DNA of 25,914 nucleotides from Octopus sinensis (GCF_006345805.1 NW_021836008.1:1-25914), one strand, 5' to 3'. Shown: positions 9,255-17,980, counted from the first letter of the stretch. Translations and numbers: made by a program. The notes: generated by a model not told the origin, from the sequence alone.

Positions 9255-9461
9255 ATGTGCTGTTGGAGGTCGTTAAAAAGGCATTTCCTAAAGTCTCATT
9301 TAGATTTCATTCAAGAAAATTCTGGTGGTGTGAACGATGAGTAAGAAGAACGGTTCCATCAAGATATTCTTGTGATGGAAACACTATACCAACCATATTG
9401 GAATAAAGGCATCTATTGTCTGAGGCTGTATCGCGACAACCCAGACCGAATCTATGAGTGA
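9255..9461 (+). mobile_element. Decayed Chapaev-like (CMC) transposase C-terminal fragment
   Basis: One frame reads MCCWRSLKRHFLKSHLDFIQENSGGVNDE*EERFHQDILVMETLYQPYWNKGIYCLRLYRDNPDRIYE*. This resembles the recalled motif SLKIHFLHSHLDFFPENLGAVSDEHGERFHQDI..MEKRYQG.W; in-frame stop at 9342-9344. Confidence 0.75.
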
Positions 9462-9762
9462 AAATTCATATTCACACCATGGATAATGTAGAATTCTTTA
9501 ATTACGTGTTTATCTAATTGTAATTATGAGGGAATAAAATGAGGTTAAAATTAATTATGAATTAATTAAGGGTTTCGGTTCAAGCTATAAACACTTTTGT
9601 ATATTCTTATAATATTATTAAAAGGGTGTTCTCTTTGTGTGTGTGTGTGTGTGTGTGGTGTGTGTGTGTGTGTGCGAATGCACTAACATATATATCATAT
9701 AGTTGCGTGCATGTGTGTGTAAGTACATTTACGTATGGATGTGTGTAAAATATATACGTTAA

Positions 9763-9804
<42 letters not shown>

Positions 9805-10286
9805 CACAAATATATGTATACATACAAATATATGTGTTTGTATGTATGTTTATGCATATAAATTTGTGTAGCCGTACAGTGCAATTTAAATCTTAAATTG
9901 AGCGACAAATAGCCAGTATTTAAAACTGCATGTGTATTAGAATCGTTCTGAAATTGGGTTTTAGTGTTACCAAGAATATATATAGAAAATAAAGCAAATC
10001 ATTAGAGATGGCTAACAAGATATTTAGTTACACCGTCTTACGTACATTTCATTAACATAAAGTGATTTGGGGTTACATGATGTAAAGTACTTATTCAGGG
10101 TTTAATGACAAATCGTCAGAGACGCATAACTATTATACGCAAAATTTACATGACTATTTTCATTGTCTTGATTAATAATCACCATGAGTTAATGAACTAT
10201 GTAAGATAGTGTAAACAAATATCGCACAAACAACCTGTCATGTTTTGTTGTTGTTGTGTGTGTGTGTATGTGTGTGTGTGTGTGTG

Positions 10287-10501
10287 TACGCGCGCTGAAA
10301 AGTTCCTGGCTTTGGGTAAAAAAAACCCAGCAGGATCAGTTAATTATGATCTTATTCAACATATTCCCCTCTCAGATTCACACAAGTATTGCAGTGGTTC
10401 TGCAGTTTTTCTAAGCCCTGTAAAAGAACTGGGAACGCTGGACCTCCAACCAAGCCTTTCGTGACACCCTTAAAGCCAAGAACTTTTCAGCACCCCTCAT
10501 A
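10287..10501 (-). mobile_element. Tc1/mariner MITE with TA target duplication
   Basis: TIRs GCTGAAAAGTTCCTGGCTTT (10294-10313) and AAAGCCAAGAACTTTTCAGC (10472-10491); TA at 10287-10288 and 10500-10501. Minus 10417-10352 reads GLEKLQNHCNTCVNLRGEYVE*, like a mariner transposase C-terminus. Confidence 0.9.
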
Positions 10502-10584
10502 TTTATAGATCCATATATATGTATACACATATATATGAATTTGAACATAGATATGTATACACGTACAGACAGGCATATACATAA

Positions 10585-10590
10585 ATGTGC

Positions 10591-10621
<31 letters not shown>

Positions 10622-10641
10622 TGTATGTATGTATGTATGTA
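10585..10641. repeat. (TATG)n tetranucleotide microsatellite
   Basis: Directly visible. Confidence 0.95.
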
Positions 10642-10771
10642 TAAATGCGTGTATGTGTGTGTGTGTGGAGGAATGTGCTAACGTCGACTTACTGATACAT
10701 AACCAAGTTCCTCTTTAAGAATTTCATACAGAACCTTACTTCACTCGCTTCCAATATATAGCAAATATATA

Positions 10772-11174
10772 CGGCGGTGAACTGGCAGAGACGTTAGAGA
10801 ACCGGTCGAAATGCTCAGCAGTATTTCGTCTGCCACTACGTTCTGAGTTAAAATTACGCCGAGGTCGACTTTGCCTTTCATCCTTTCGGGGTCGATTAAA
10901 TAAGTACCAGTTACGCACTGGGGTCGATGCAATCGACTTAATCCGTTTGTCTGTCCTTGTTTGTCCTCTCTGTGTTTAGCCCCTTGTGGGTAGTAAAAAA
11001 AATAGGTATTTCGTCTGCCACTACGTTCTGAGTTCAAATTCCACCGAGGTCGACTTTGTCTTTCATCCTTGAGGGGGGGTCGATTAAAATAAGTACCAGA
11101 TACACACTGGGGTCGATGTAATCGACTTAATTCCCTCCCCACGAAACTGCCCCTGTGACAAAAGATTTGAAATC
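10772..11174 (+). mobile_element. SINE family D, head-to-tail dimer
   Basis: GTATTTCGTCTGCCACTACGTTCTGAGTT starts at 10821 and again at 11006 (185-bp period); (ATT)n tail at 11175-11232. Confidence 0.9.
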
Positions 11175-11184
11175 ATTATTATTA

Positions 11185-11234
<50 letters not shown>

Positions 11235-11249
11235 AAGTAACAGAGTCGA

Positions 11250-11315
11250 TTTGTTCGACTCAACATTTTAAGCCAGTGCCCCAGCATGGTCGCAGTCTAA
11301 AACAAAGTAAATTAT
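11250..11315 (+). mobile_element. SINE family A, 3' tip
   Basis: GTCGATTTGTTCGACT...GTGCCCCAGCATGGTCGCAGTC matches 15210-15260. Confidence 0.65.
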
Positions 11316-11378
11316 ATAAATTGAATAAAGTCCACTCTTTGCCACATTTTCTGTCTAACGTGTCCTTCCTATTTGCAG

Positions 11379-11506
11379 ACGGCGGTCTGCAATTTGAGCG
11401 GGATTTGGCTTCTGTTTTTAGCAACCACGAGGTGGGGCGTTCCTTCGCCAGTCAACATGGAGGCAGTCTGGCTGATTATGTCTTCGGAAATGTCAGAATC
11501 AATTAG
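11379..11506 (+). CDS. Candidate terminal coding exon, unidentified protein
   Basis: Branch-point-like TCTAAC, pyrimidine tract and TTTGCAG| (AG 11377-11378), with a clear rise in GC content. Phase 1 reads xGGLQFERDLASVFSNHEVGRSFASQHGGSLADYVFGNVRIN*; phase 0 is also open to 11609, so the frame is uncertain. Confidence 0.45.
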
Positions 11507-11654
11507 AAATATAAACCATTCCTTCGAACTCCCAATGGACCACAGTCCTCTGCGGACGTGGTATCATCTACAACTCATCTCCCGACCACCCACCCACCCG
11601 TTTTGTTGATTTTGTAATTATTGTTGATGCTATTTTGCTGTTGATGTTTAACTC

Positions 11655-11730
11655 TAGGTCGGCTCTAAGCGAGTAGATAAATCTATGATCAACGGCATTC
11701 CATCCGTGACCATCCCGTTTTCATGGGATG
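11655..11730 (+). repeat. Short interspersed repeat E
   Basis: ATGATCAACGGCATTCCATCCGTGACCATCCCGTTTT is similar to 6353-6390. Confidence 0.6.
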
Positions 11731-11869
11731 CACTATCAATATATTAATATCCAACGTGTTCCTTTTTAAAACGGTGGGGGTTGTGTTTTGAGAAAGATTT
11801 CAGTGCTATTTCTAGCGAAATCGAATGACCATATAGAGACCCCTGTTTTGAGTTGTTTACTTGGGGTGT

Positions 11870-12180
11870 TTATTGTTGTTGTTGCTGCTGCTGTTGTTGT
11901 TTGGATGTTATTGGCGGTTGGTGTTATAACTGTTTTTGTTGTTGCTGTTGTTGGACATGATGGTGGTGATTGTTGTTGTTGTTGTTTTAATAGTAATGGT
12001 TGCTGTTCATGTTGTACTTGCTGGGCGTGGTGGTGGTGGTGGTGGAGAAGGCGGAAGTGGGGAGGAATTGGTGATGGTCGGGGCGCAGCGAGGGCGCTTG
12101 AGGCGGAACGGGGGCGTGATGATGATGATGGTGGTGGTGGTGGTGGTGGCGGTGCTGGTGTGGCTGTTGTTCTTGTTGTT
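11870..12180. repeat. Compound (GTT)/(GGT)/(GAT) trinucleotide tract
   Basis: Source of the poly-V, -W, -G and -H ORFs. Confidence 0.9.
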
Positions 12181-12402
12181 TTCTTGTGTAGATTTTATTA
12201 AATAAAGGATTTAGAAAGTCTCCAGGTATTAAACCAGGCGCCATCAACTGCAATAGAGTCTCTCTCCTTCTCTTCTTTTCTCCTTCTCTCGCTCTTTCAC
12301 TTTCCTCATATCTGTCTCTCTCTTTCTCTCTTTCTCTTTCTCTCCATCAATATTAGCATAACTGCCGTCTTCAATTCATCACCATTACCACAATCAACAT
12401 AA

Positions 12403-12478
12403 TTCTTCTTCTTCTTCTTCTTCTTCTTCTTCTTCTTCTTCTTCTTCTTCTTCTTCTTCTTCTTCTTCTTCTTCTTCT
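12403..12478. repeat. (TTC)25 microsatellite
   Basis: Perfect 76-nt run. Confidence 0.97.
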
Positions 12479-12519
12479 ATTGTTACTACTCCTAATGATG
12501 ATGTTGATGATAATCATAA

Positions 12520-12733
12520 TTCTTTCTACTACAGGCACAAGGCCTCAAATTTAGGCGACGATAGCCGGCTAGTGGACTGCATCAACCCCCCAGTACTTGT
12601 TTTATCGACACAGGAACGATGGAAGGCAAGATCAACCTCAACGGAATCTGAACTCAGAACGTAAAAAAGACGGACGAAATGCCGCCAGACATTTTACCCG
12701 GCATGCTAACGACTCCGCCAGCTCACCGCCTTA
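12520..12733 (-). mobile_element. SINE family D, near full length
   Basis: GGCACAAGGCCTCAAATTT...TTTATCGAC...GAACTCAGAACGT...GCTAACGACTCCGCCAGCTCACCGCCTTA is the reverse complement of 17982-18197. Confidence 0.85.
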
Positions 12734-13027
12734 AAAACTTGCCAGGATAAAGAACAAAATATTAAGAGCTACCCAAATATAAGCGAAGAAAATTGACATA
12801 CGCCTGTAGTTGGAAAAAGGAACCTGTCCTAAAAAGATTTATTATAGGTTTTTTCCATGAGCAGCCCTCGAACGACTCCTCCCTATTAAGGATCACACAT
12901 TGGTTTACACATAAACCCTCACAACACACATTCACATATGCATTCTTTGTTTTGCCCCTCACTGTCCATAATGGTTTTCTTAATGTAAACCCTTGTGGTG
13001 AATAAAGAAATCATTATTATTTTTTTT

Positions 13028-13571
13028 ATTAAGCGAGAGAGCTGTGCATGCCATCAAAGTGACACTGGGGTAAAATATACGAAGCCCAGTATACCCATTA
13101 TGACTACTAGTCTCATAAGAGTACACCAGGCAAACATATGTGCGCGGCGTGGTGAATTCATATCAAGATAAACATCGCATGACCTTGCAGGTTAGATTTT
13201 CTTCGGGTCGAGTAGCCCATCCCGTTCAAATGGTCCCTGAATAAGGGCTGTTTAAAGATGTTGAACGAAACATCCATGTTTCCAAGGGTGAATTATTCAA
13301 ACCCCACAAAATTCCTCTCGACACATGGCTATGATGCTCCCCCACAACTTCTGCTCGTGATCAGAGATGCACATAGGGACAGAGCTGCCACTAAGGGACA
13401 TGCTCCACTAGTTAAGGTCAAACAACTGACAAGCAAATCTGTGGTATTGAGCAGAATATATTAGTTGTAGCCCATCTTTTATATCAAGACAAAGTATGTA
13501 CGTGATAACACTTCCAATTAGTTAAGATCAGAAGCTATGAGATCCACTGCCTTGCACTGCATCAGGGCATT
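13028..13571 (-). mobile_element. Unclassified ~540-bp putative retroposed repeat
   Basis: Complex non-coding block bounded by an A/(AAT)-rich tail (minus-strand 3' end, 13012-13030) and (TAC)12 at 13575-13610. It resembles a repeat I recall from octopus DNA; single copy in this window. Confidence 0.4.
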
Positions 13572-13574
13572 TAT

Positions 13575-13610
<36 letters not shown>

Positions 13611-13611
<1 letters not shown>

Positions 13612-13693
13612 GAGGTGACGAAGTGAGAGAATTGTTAGTACACCGGACAAATGCATCGCAGCATTTTGCCCGTCTCTGAGTTCAAATTCCACC
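13611..13693 (+). mobile_element. SINE family D, 5' fragment
   Basis: AATTGTTAGTACACCGGACAAATG...TCTGAGTTCAAATTCCACC. Confidence 0.65.
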
Positions 13694-13733
13694 TTGCCAA
13701 TCCATTCAACTAGTAAAAATAAGGAATCATATA

Positions 13734-13904
13734 GGCGTAGGAGTGGCTGTGTGGTAAGTAGCTTGCTTACAAACCACATTGTTCCGGGTTCAGTCCCAAT
13801 GTGTGGCACCTTGGGCAAGTATCTTCTGCTATTGCATCGGGCCGACCAAAGCCTTGTGAGTGGATTTGGTAGACGGAAACTGAAAGAAGCCCGTCGTATA
13901 TATG

Positions 13905-13947
<43 letters not shown>

Positions 13948-14119
13948 ACAATGCTGGTTTGTTTACGCCCCCGTAACCTAGCTGTTCGGCAAAAGAGACC
14001 GATAGAATAAGTACTAGGCTGACAAAGAATAAGTCCTGGGGGCGATGTGCTCGACTAAAGGCGGTGCTCCAGCATGGCCACAGTCAAATGACTGAAACAA
14101 GTAAAAGAGTAAAAGAGTA
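13734..14119 (+). mobile_element. SINE family A, full length
   Basis: tRNA-like head (TGGCTGTGTGG; GGGTTCAGTCC), then CCTTGGGCAAGT, an internal (TA)(TG) array, and a tail ending (GTAAAAGA)2; several copies in the window. Confidence 0.92.
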
Positions 14120-14178
14120 ATCCTGCGACGGACCGGCGTCCTGTCCAGAGAGGAACCTATACGCTAGAGAAACCGGGT
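14119..14178 (+). repeat. Shared SINE tail module
   Basis: AATCCTGCGACGGACCGGCGTCCTGTCCAGAGAGG...AGAGAAACCGGG matches the reverse complements of 3445-3520 and 15648-15692. Confidence 0.7.
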
Positions 14179-14224
14179 CAAAAGGATAAGATAAGAACCA
14201 ATTGAGCGCTGAGGTAGATGCATT

Positions 14225-14332
14225 CGAGTAGATCCGTTTTTAGTTCAAATTCCTCCGAGGTCGACTTTACCTTTAATTCCTTCGGCGTCGATAAAATACG
14301 TACCAGTTGTGTACTGGGGTCGATGTAATCTC
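14225..14332 (+). mobile_element. SINE family D, core fragment
   Basis: AGTTCAAATTCCTCCGAGGTCGACTTTACCTTT...GTCGATAAAATACGTACCAG...GGGGTCGATGTAATC. Confidence 0.85.
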
Positions 14333-14462
14333 GTTAGTTTTTGACCACACGGAGAATCGCCAAAAAATTTTCCAGCCACGTTGGTATGGGTGAGGAAAGT
14401 TATAAAACACAGTCCTCATTATTTACATTTGACAGATATTTGTCCTAATCTTATTTGTTGTT

Positions 14463-14508
14463 AACACAACGTTTCGGCTGATATACCCTCCAGCCTTCTT
14501 CAGGTGTC
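14463..14508 (-). ncRNA. Minimal type I hammerhead ribozyme motif, core intact
   Basis: GACAC-CUGAAGA-A-GGCUG(GAGGGUAUAU)CAGCC-GAA-ACGU-U-GUGUU: stem I GACAC/GUGUU, 5-bp stem II, palindromic stem III ACGU. Predicted cut after GUU, between 14468 and 14467. Confidence 0.8.
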
Positions 14509-14579
14509 TTGCGGAAATTTCAAACCTGGGTTCTTATTCTTAAGATATTTTTCGATGTTGTTATTATTACTATCATTAT

Positions 14580-14654
14580 TCAGGTCACTTGGAATCGAAC
14601 TCGGAATCTTGGAGTTAGTAGTCCGCGCTCTTGACCACTATGCCATATATGCCC
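14580..14654 (-). promoter_or_regulatory. tRNA-derived Pol III internal promoter (SINE head)
   Basis: A box TGGCATAGTGG (14645-14635), B box GAGTTCGATTCC (14602-14591) and a tRNA-Ser-like GGACTACTAACTCC segment; no acceptor stem. Confidence 0.75.
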
Positions 14655-14692
14655 GTGAGCAATTATGGAGTGAATTTTAGGGCTTATAGATC

Positions 14693-14732
<40 letters not shown>

Positions 14733-14807
14733 TACAACAACAACAACAATAATAATAACATCGAAAAATACCTTAGGAATGAGAACCCATGTTCGAAATT
14801 TCCCCAA

Positions 14808-14852
14808 GACACCTGATGAAGGCTGGAGGGTATATCAGCCGAAGCGTTGTGT
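14808..14852 (+). ncRNA. Hammerhead ribozyme motif with core mutation (predicted inactive)
   Basis: GACAC-CUGAUGA-A-GGCUG...CAGCC-GAAG-CGUU-GUGU; the conserved A15.1 is replaced by G at 14844. Confidence 0.75.
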
Positions 14853-14893
14853 AAAACAACAAACAAGATAAGGACAAATATCTGTCAAACACA

Positions 14894-15290
14894 GGTGCAG
14901 GAGTGGCTGTTGGATAAGTATCTTGCTTACCAACCACATGGTTCTGGGTTCAGTCCCACTGCGTTGTACCTTGGGCCCGTGTCTTCTACTATAGCCGACC
15001 AAAGCCTTGTGAGTGGATTTGTAGACGGAAACTGAAAGAAGCCAGTCATGTATATGTGTGTGTGTGAATGTGTGTGTGTGTGTGTGTGTGTGTTTGTCTC
15101 CCCAACATCGCTTGACAACCGATGCTGGTGTGTTTACGTCCCTGTCACTTAGCGGTTCGACAAAAGAGACCGATAGGATAAGTACTAGGCTTCCAAAGAA
15201 TAAGGCCTGGGGTCGATTTGATTTGACTAAAGGCGGTGCTCCACCATGGCCGCAGTCAAGTGACTGAAACAAGTAAAAGAATAAAAGAAT
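14894..15290 (+). mobile_element. SINE family A, full length
   Basis: Collinear with 13734-14119; inserted at the end of the right hammerhead arm. Confidence 0.92.
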
Positions 15291-15607
15291 AAATATAAAT
15301 AATGTACATATTTCCTCATCTCTTAAATATAGAACTGTGACACAGTTCTCATTTCTTCAAGGATCAGTGCTACGCGCAACTTTAAAATTCAGATCTCTTC
15401 TTGGCACACGAATTTATTTTCTATTAAGTATTTTACAAACCATTTTCCTTTTTGATAATAGTTTCCTTATTGGCTTTGCTTTTGCCCAAGCAGAATTAGT
15501 CCCTGGTGGTATTTACTACCCACACAAACCACTACTAATAACAATAAACTCTACTATCCGTTATTGCTCAGGAATCACCATCTTCAGATTCTAGTAGTGT
15601 TACCCAC

Positions 15608-15840
15608 TTGGCTAGTCCACATTATGGAGTAAAAAGCATAGAGACGGGTTCCCGGTTTCTCTGGAGTATAGGTTTCTCTCTGGACAGGATTATTTTTTTT
15701 TAACATGTAGAATGGATTGGAGCAGCCTGAAATGAAGTGTTTTGCTCAAAAACACAACGCATCGTCAGGCCCAGGAATCGAAACCACAATCTAGCGATCA
15801 TGAGTCGAACACTTTAACTACTAATCCACGCGCCTCCACG
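15608..15840 (-). mobile_element. SINE family B with 11-bp flanking direct repeat
   Basis: Minus strand starts GTGGAGGCGCG, with B-box GGTTTCGATTCC. GTGTTACCCAC at 15597-15607 and 15841-15851 is a putative TSD. Confidence 0.8.
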
Positions 15841-15945
15841 GTGTTACCCACACAGACATCACTAATTCCATTAGATTGTAACGATGTTCATTGCCCACAA
15901 TGACCTCCACTAATTACTTTAAATGTCCATAATAACTACTTACAC

Positions 15946-16136
15946 TTTTACATGTTTCAGTCATATGACTGTGGCCATGCTGGAGCACCGCCTTTAGTCG
16001 AGCAAATCGACCCCAGGACTTATTCTTTGTCAGCTTAGTATTTTATTCCATCGGTTTCTTTTGCCGAACCGCTAAGTTACAGGGAAGTAAACACACCAGC
16101 ATCGGCTGTCAAGCGATGTTTGGGGGGACAAACACA

Positions 16137-16177
<41 letters not shown>

Positions 16178-16367
16178 ACACACACACACATATAAATATA
16201 TATATATACAACGGGCTTCTTTCAGTTTCCGTCTACCAAATCCACTCACAAGGCATTGGTCGGCCCGAGGCTATAGTAGAAGACACTTGCCCAAGGTACG
16301 ACGCAGTGGGACTGAACCCGGAACCATGTGTTTGGTAAGCAAGCTACTTACCACACAGCCACTCCTA
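15946..16367 (-). mobile_element. SINE family A, full length
   Basis: Reverse complement of 13734-14119 and 14894-15290, with an internal (CA)/(TA) array. Confidence 0.92.
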
Positions 16368-16453
16368 GCATTCTGTGCTGCTTATTAGCTACACACACCA
16401 TTATTAACATCTTCGGGTTCGAGTGGTGTGGCTCACATAGACATCCCTGTTTA

Positions 16454-16662
16454 CAGGGTTCTTCAACAATGTTTTGTTCATGGAGCCCCTTTTATTCCTA
16501 ATTTACTCGGACGCGCCCTCGTAGCCACTCGATGATTGAAAAATAACCCATTCTATTTTTACAATTAAGTATAATTAGGACAAATTTATTGTACATAGAT
16601 TTTAACAACAAAATCTTACATGAACCCCAAGGAATCATAAAGACCTTGATTGATGACCACAG
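16454..16662 (+). mobile_element. hAT-type MITE, older copy
   Basis: Ends CAGGGTTCTTCAAC and GATTGATGACCACAG; internal blocks are similar to 16930-17249. Confidence 0.55.
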
Positions 16663-16929
16663 CTTTAGAAGTATTTATTACCCACAGAAAACTTGAGTAA
16701 TATCCTTAGAGGCCTACTGTGACCATAACTATTGACCTCCAACACTAGAGAGTTCAGTCTGTTGTTTACACTGTCCACCATTAGTTGTCTTAGGCCTTTG
16801 TGGTGCTTATTGCCTATACTGGCTATAACAGATTAACTTAAACTCTTGGGAGTTTATGGCCGACCGCCAAACGATCCAGCGTCCCCATAGCTTGTCTAAT
16901 ACCCATTGTTTCTAACGAAGGCACTAAAC

Positions 16930-17181
16930 CGGTGATTCTCAACTATTTTTTTTTTTTGTCTATGGATCCCTTTTATTTCTGTTTTACTTGGGTAAAAGCC
17001 ATTCGATGTCTTAATCCGATTGTATATTTATTATTAAATATTATTTAGGAATTGTATAAAAAAATTTGTTGGAATATTTTGTGTACTACAGAAATATAAC
17101 CAATTGGTTGCACATAAATTTTAACGACAAAATCTCCCTTTGGATCATATGGAACTCCAAGGGCCAATTGACCCCCCCCCC

Positions 17182-17215
<34 letters not shown>

Positions 17216-17249
17216 CAAGGGTTATATGAACCCCGGTTGTGAACCATTG
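16930..17249 (+). mobile_element. hAT-type MITE
   Basis: Ends CGGTGATTCTCAAC and GTTGTGAACCATTG approximate the hAT/Charlie-like CAGTGGTTCTCAAC TIR; 8-bp flanks CACTAAAC and GACTAAAT (6/8 match). Confidence 0.72.
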
Positions 17250-17269
17250 GACTAAATCGTAATTCATTT

Positions 17270-17540
17270 TAGTCGGGTAGAGTTGGAGGGATTAAATCAG
17301 CACTTAACTGGAAATTTTATTGACCTCGCACAGTTTACGTTGGTGGGATTTGAACTCAAAATCTAAAGAGTGTTGATACATAGATCATCAGTAATTTTTC
17401 TCGATTCCGTATTCGTTCTGAATCTCTACTATCTGAGTTCAAATCTTGCTGAGCTCAGTTTCTCAATTTTTAGCATCCTTCTTATCACACTTTTGGGTGG
17501 AGTCGATAAATAAAGTACCACTTGAATACTCTGGGGGAGG
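17270..17540. mobile_element. Two degenerate family D fragments, head to head
   Basis: TTTTATTGACCTC...GGATTTGAACTCA (minus, about 17270-17380) and TCTGAGTTCAAATC...GTCGATAAATAAAGTACC (plus, about 17415-17540). Confidence 0.55.
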
Positions 17541-17935
17541 GGTCAGTTTCTCTCTCACTGCTACATTGCACTGCTAGAGGATGAATAGAAAACGACGCAC
17601 GCCGTACCATTCTCCCAGAAGTGAGAGGACCTAAATAAGGATCAGGCACTCTCTTCTCAAAGACAAGTCGAAATATTACTGCAAGTGACCCAGGACAGAT
17701 ACAAAGACAAACAAACAGATGTACAGATCAATAAGGAATGGAAATGAAGAATTAAGAATAAGCAGAACTCATTTGATATTTACAATGGACCCTTTGACAA
17801 AGACAAAAGTTTGCAAAGGACCATTTTTGTACATCTTTTACAGCTAAAGGACTGAGTTATTTCATTAGTACCAGTTGCAAACTGGAGTCGGCTAACCACC
17901 ACCCACTCCTTAAAAGTTAATGGATTTGTGCTTAA

Positions 17936-17936
<1 letters not shown>

Positions 17937-17968
<32 letters not shown>

Positions 17969-17980
17969 GTTATTATTATT
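17937..17980. repeat. (ATT)n microsatellite
   Basis: Directly visible. Confidence 0.95.

Larger units (their letters stand above)
14428..14889 (-). mobile_element. Composite Penelope-like non-autonomous element: inverted hammerhead-bearing arms around a tRNA-like head
   Basis: Arms 14428-14558 and 14758-14889 are reverse complements (about 11 substitutions plus 1 indel, hand count). Each holds a hammerhead motif; A/B boxes lie between them. Confidence 0.8.

Noticed and set aside
14580-14654. Genuine tRNA gene
   Set aside because: No acceptor stem and an irregular anticodon loop; it is a SINE-type head.
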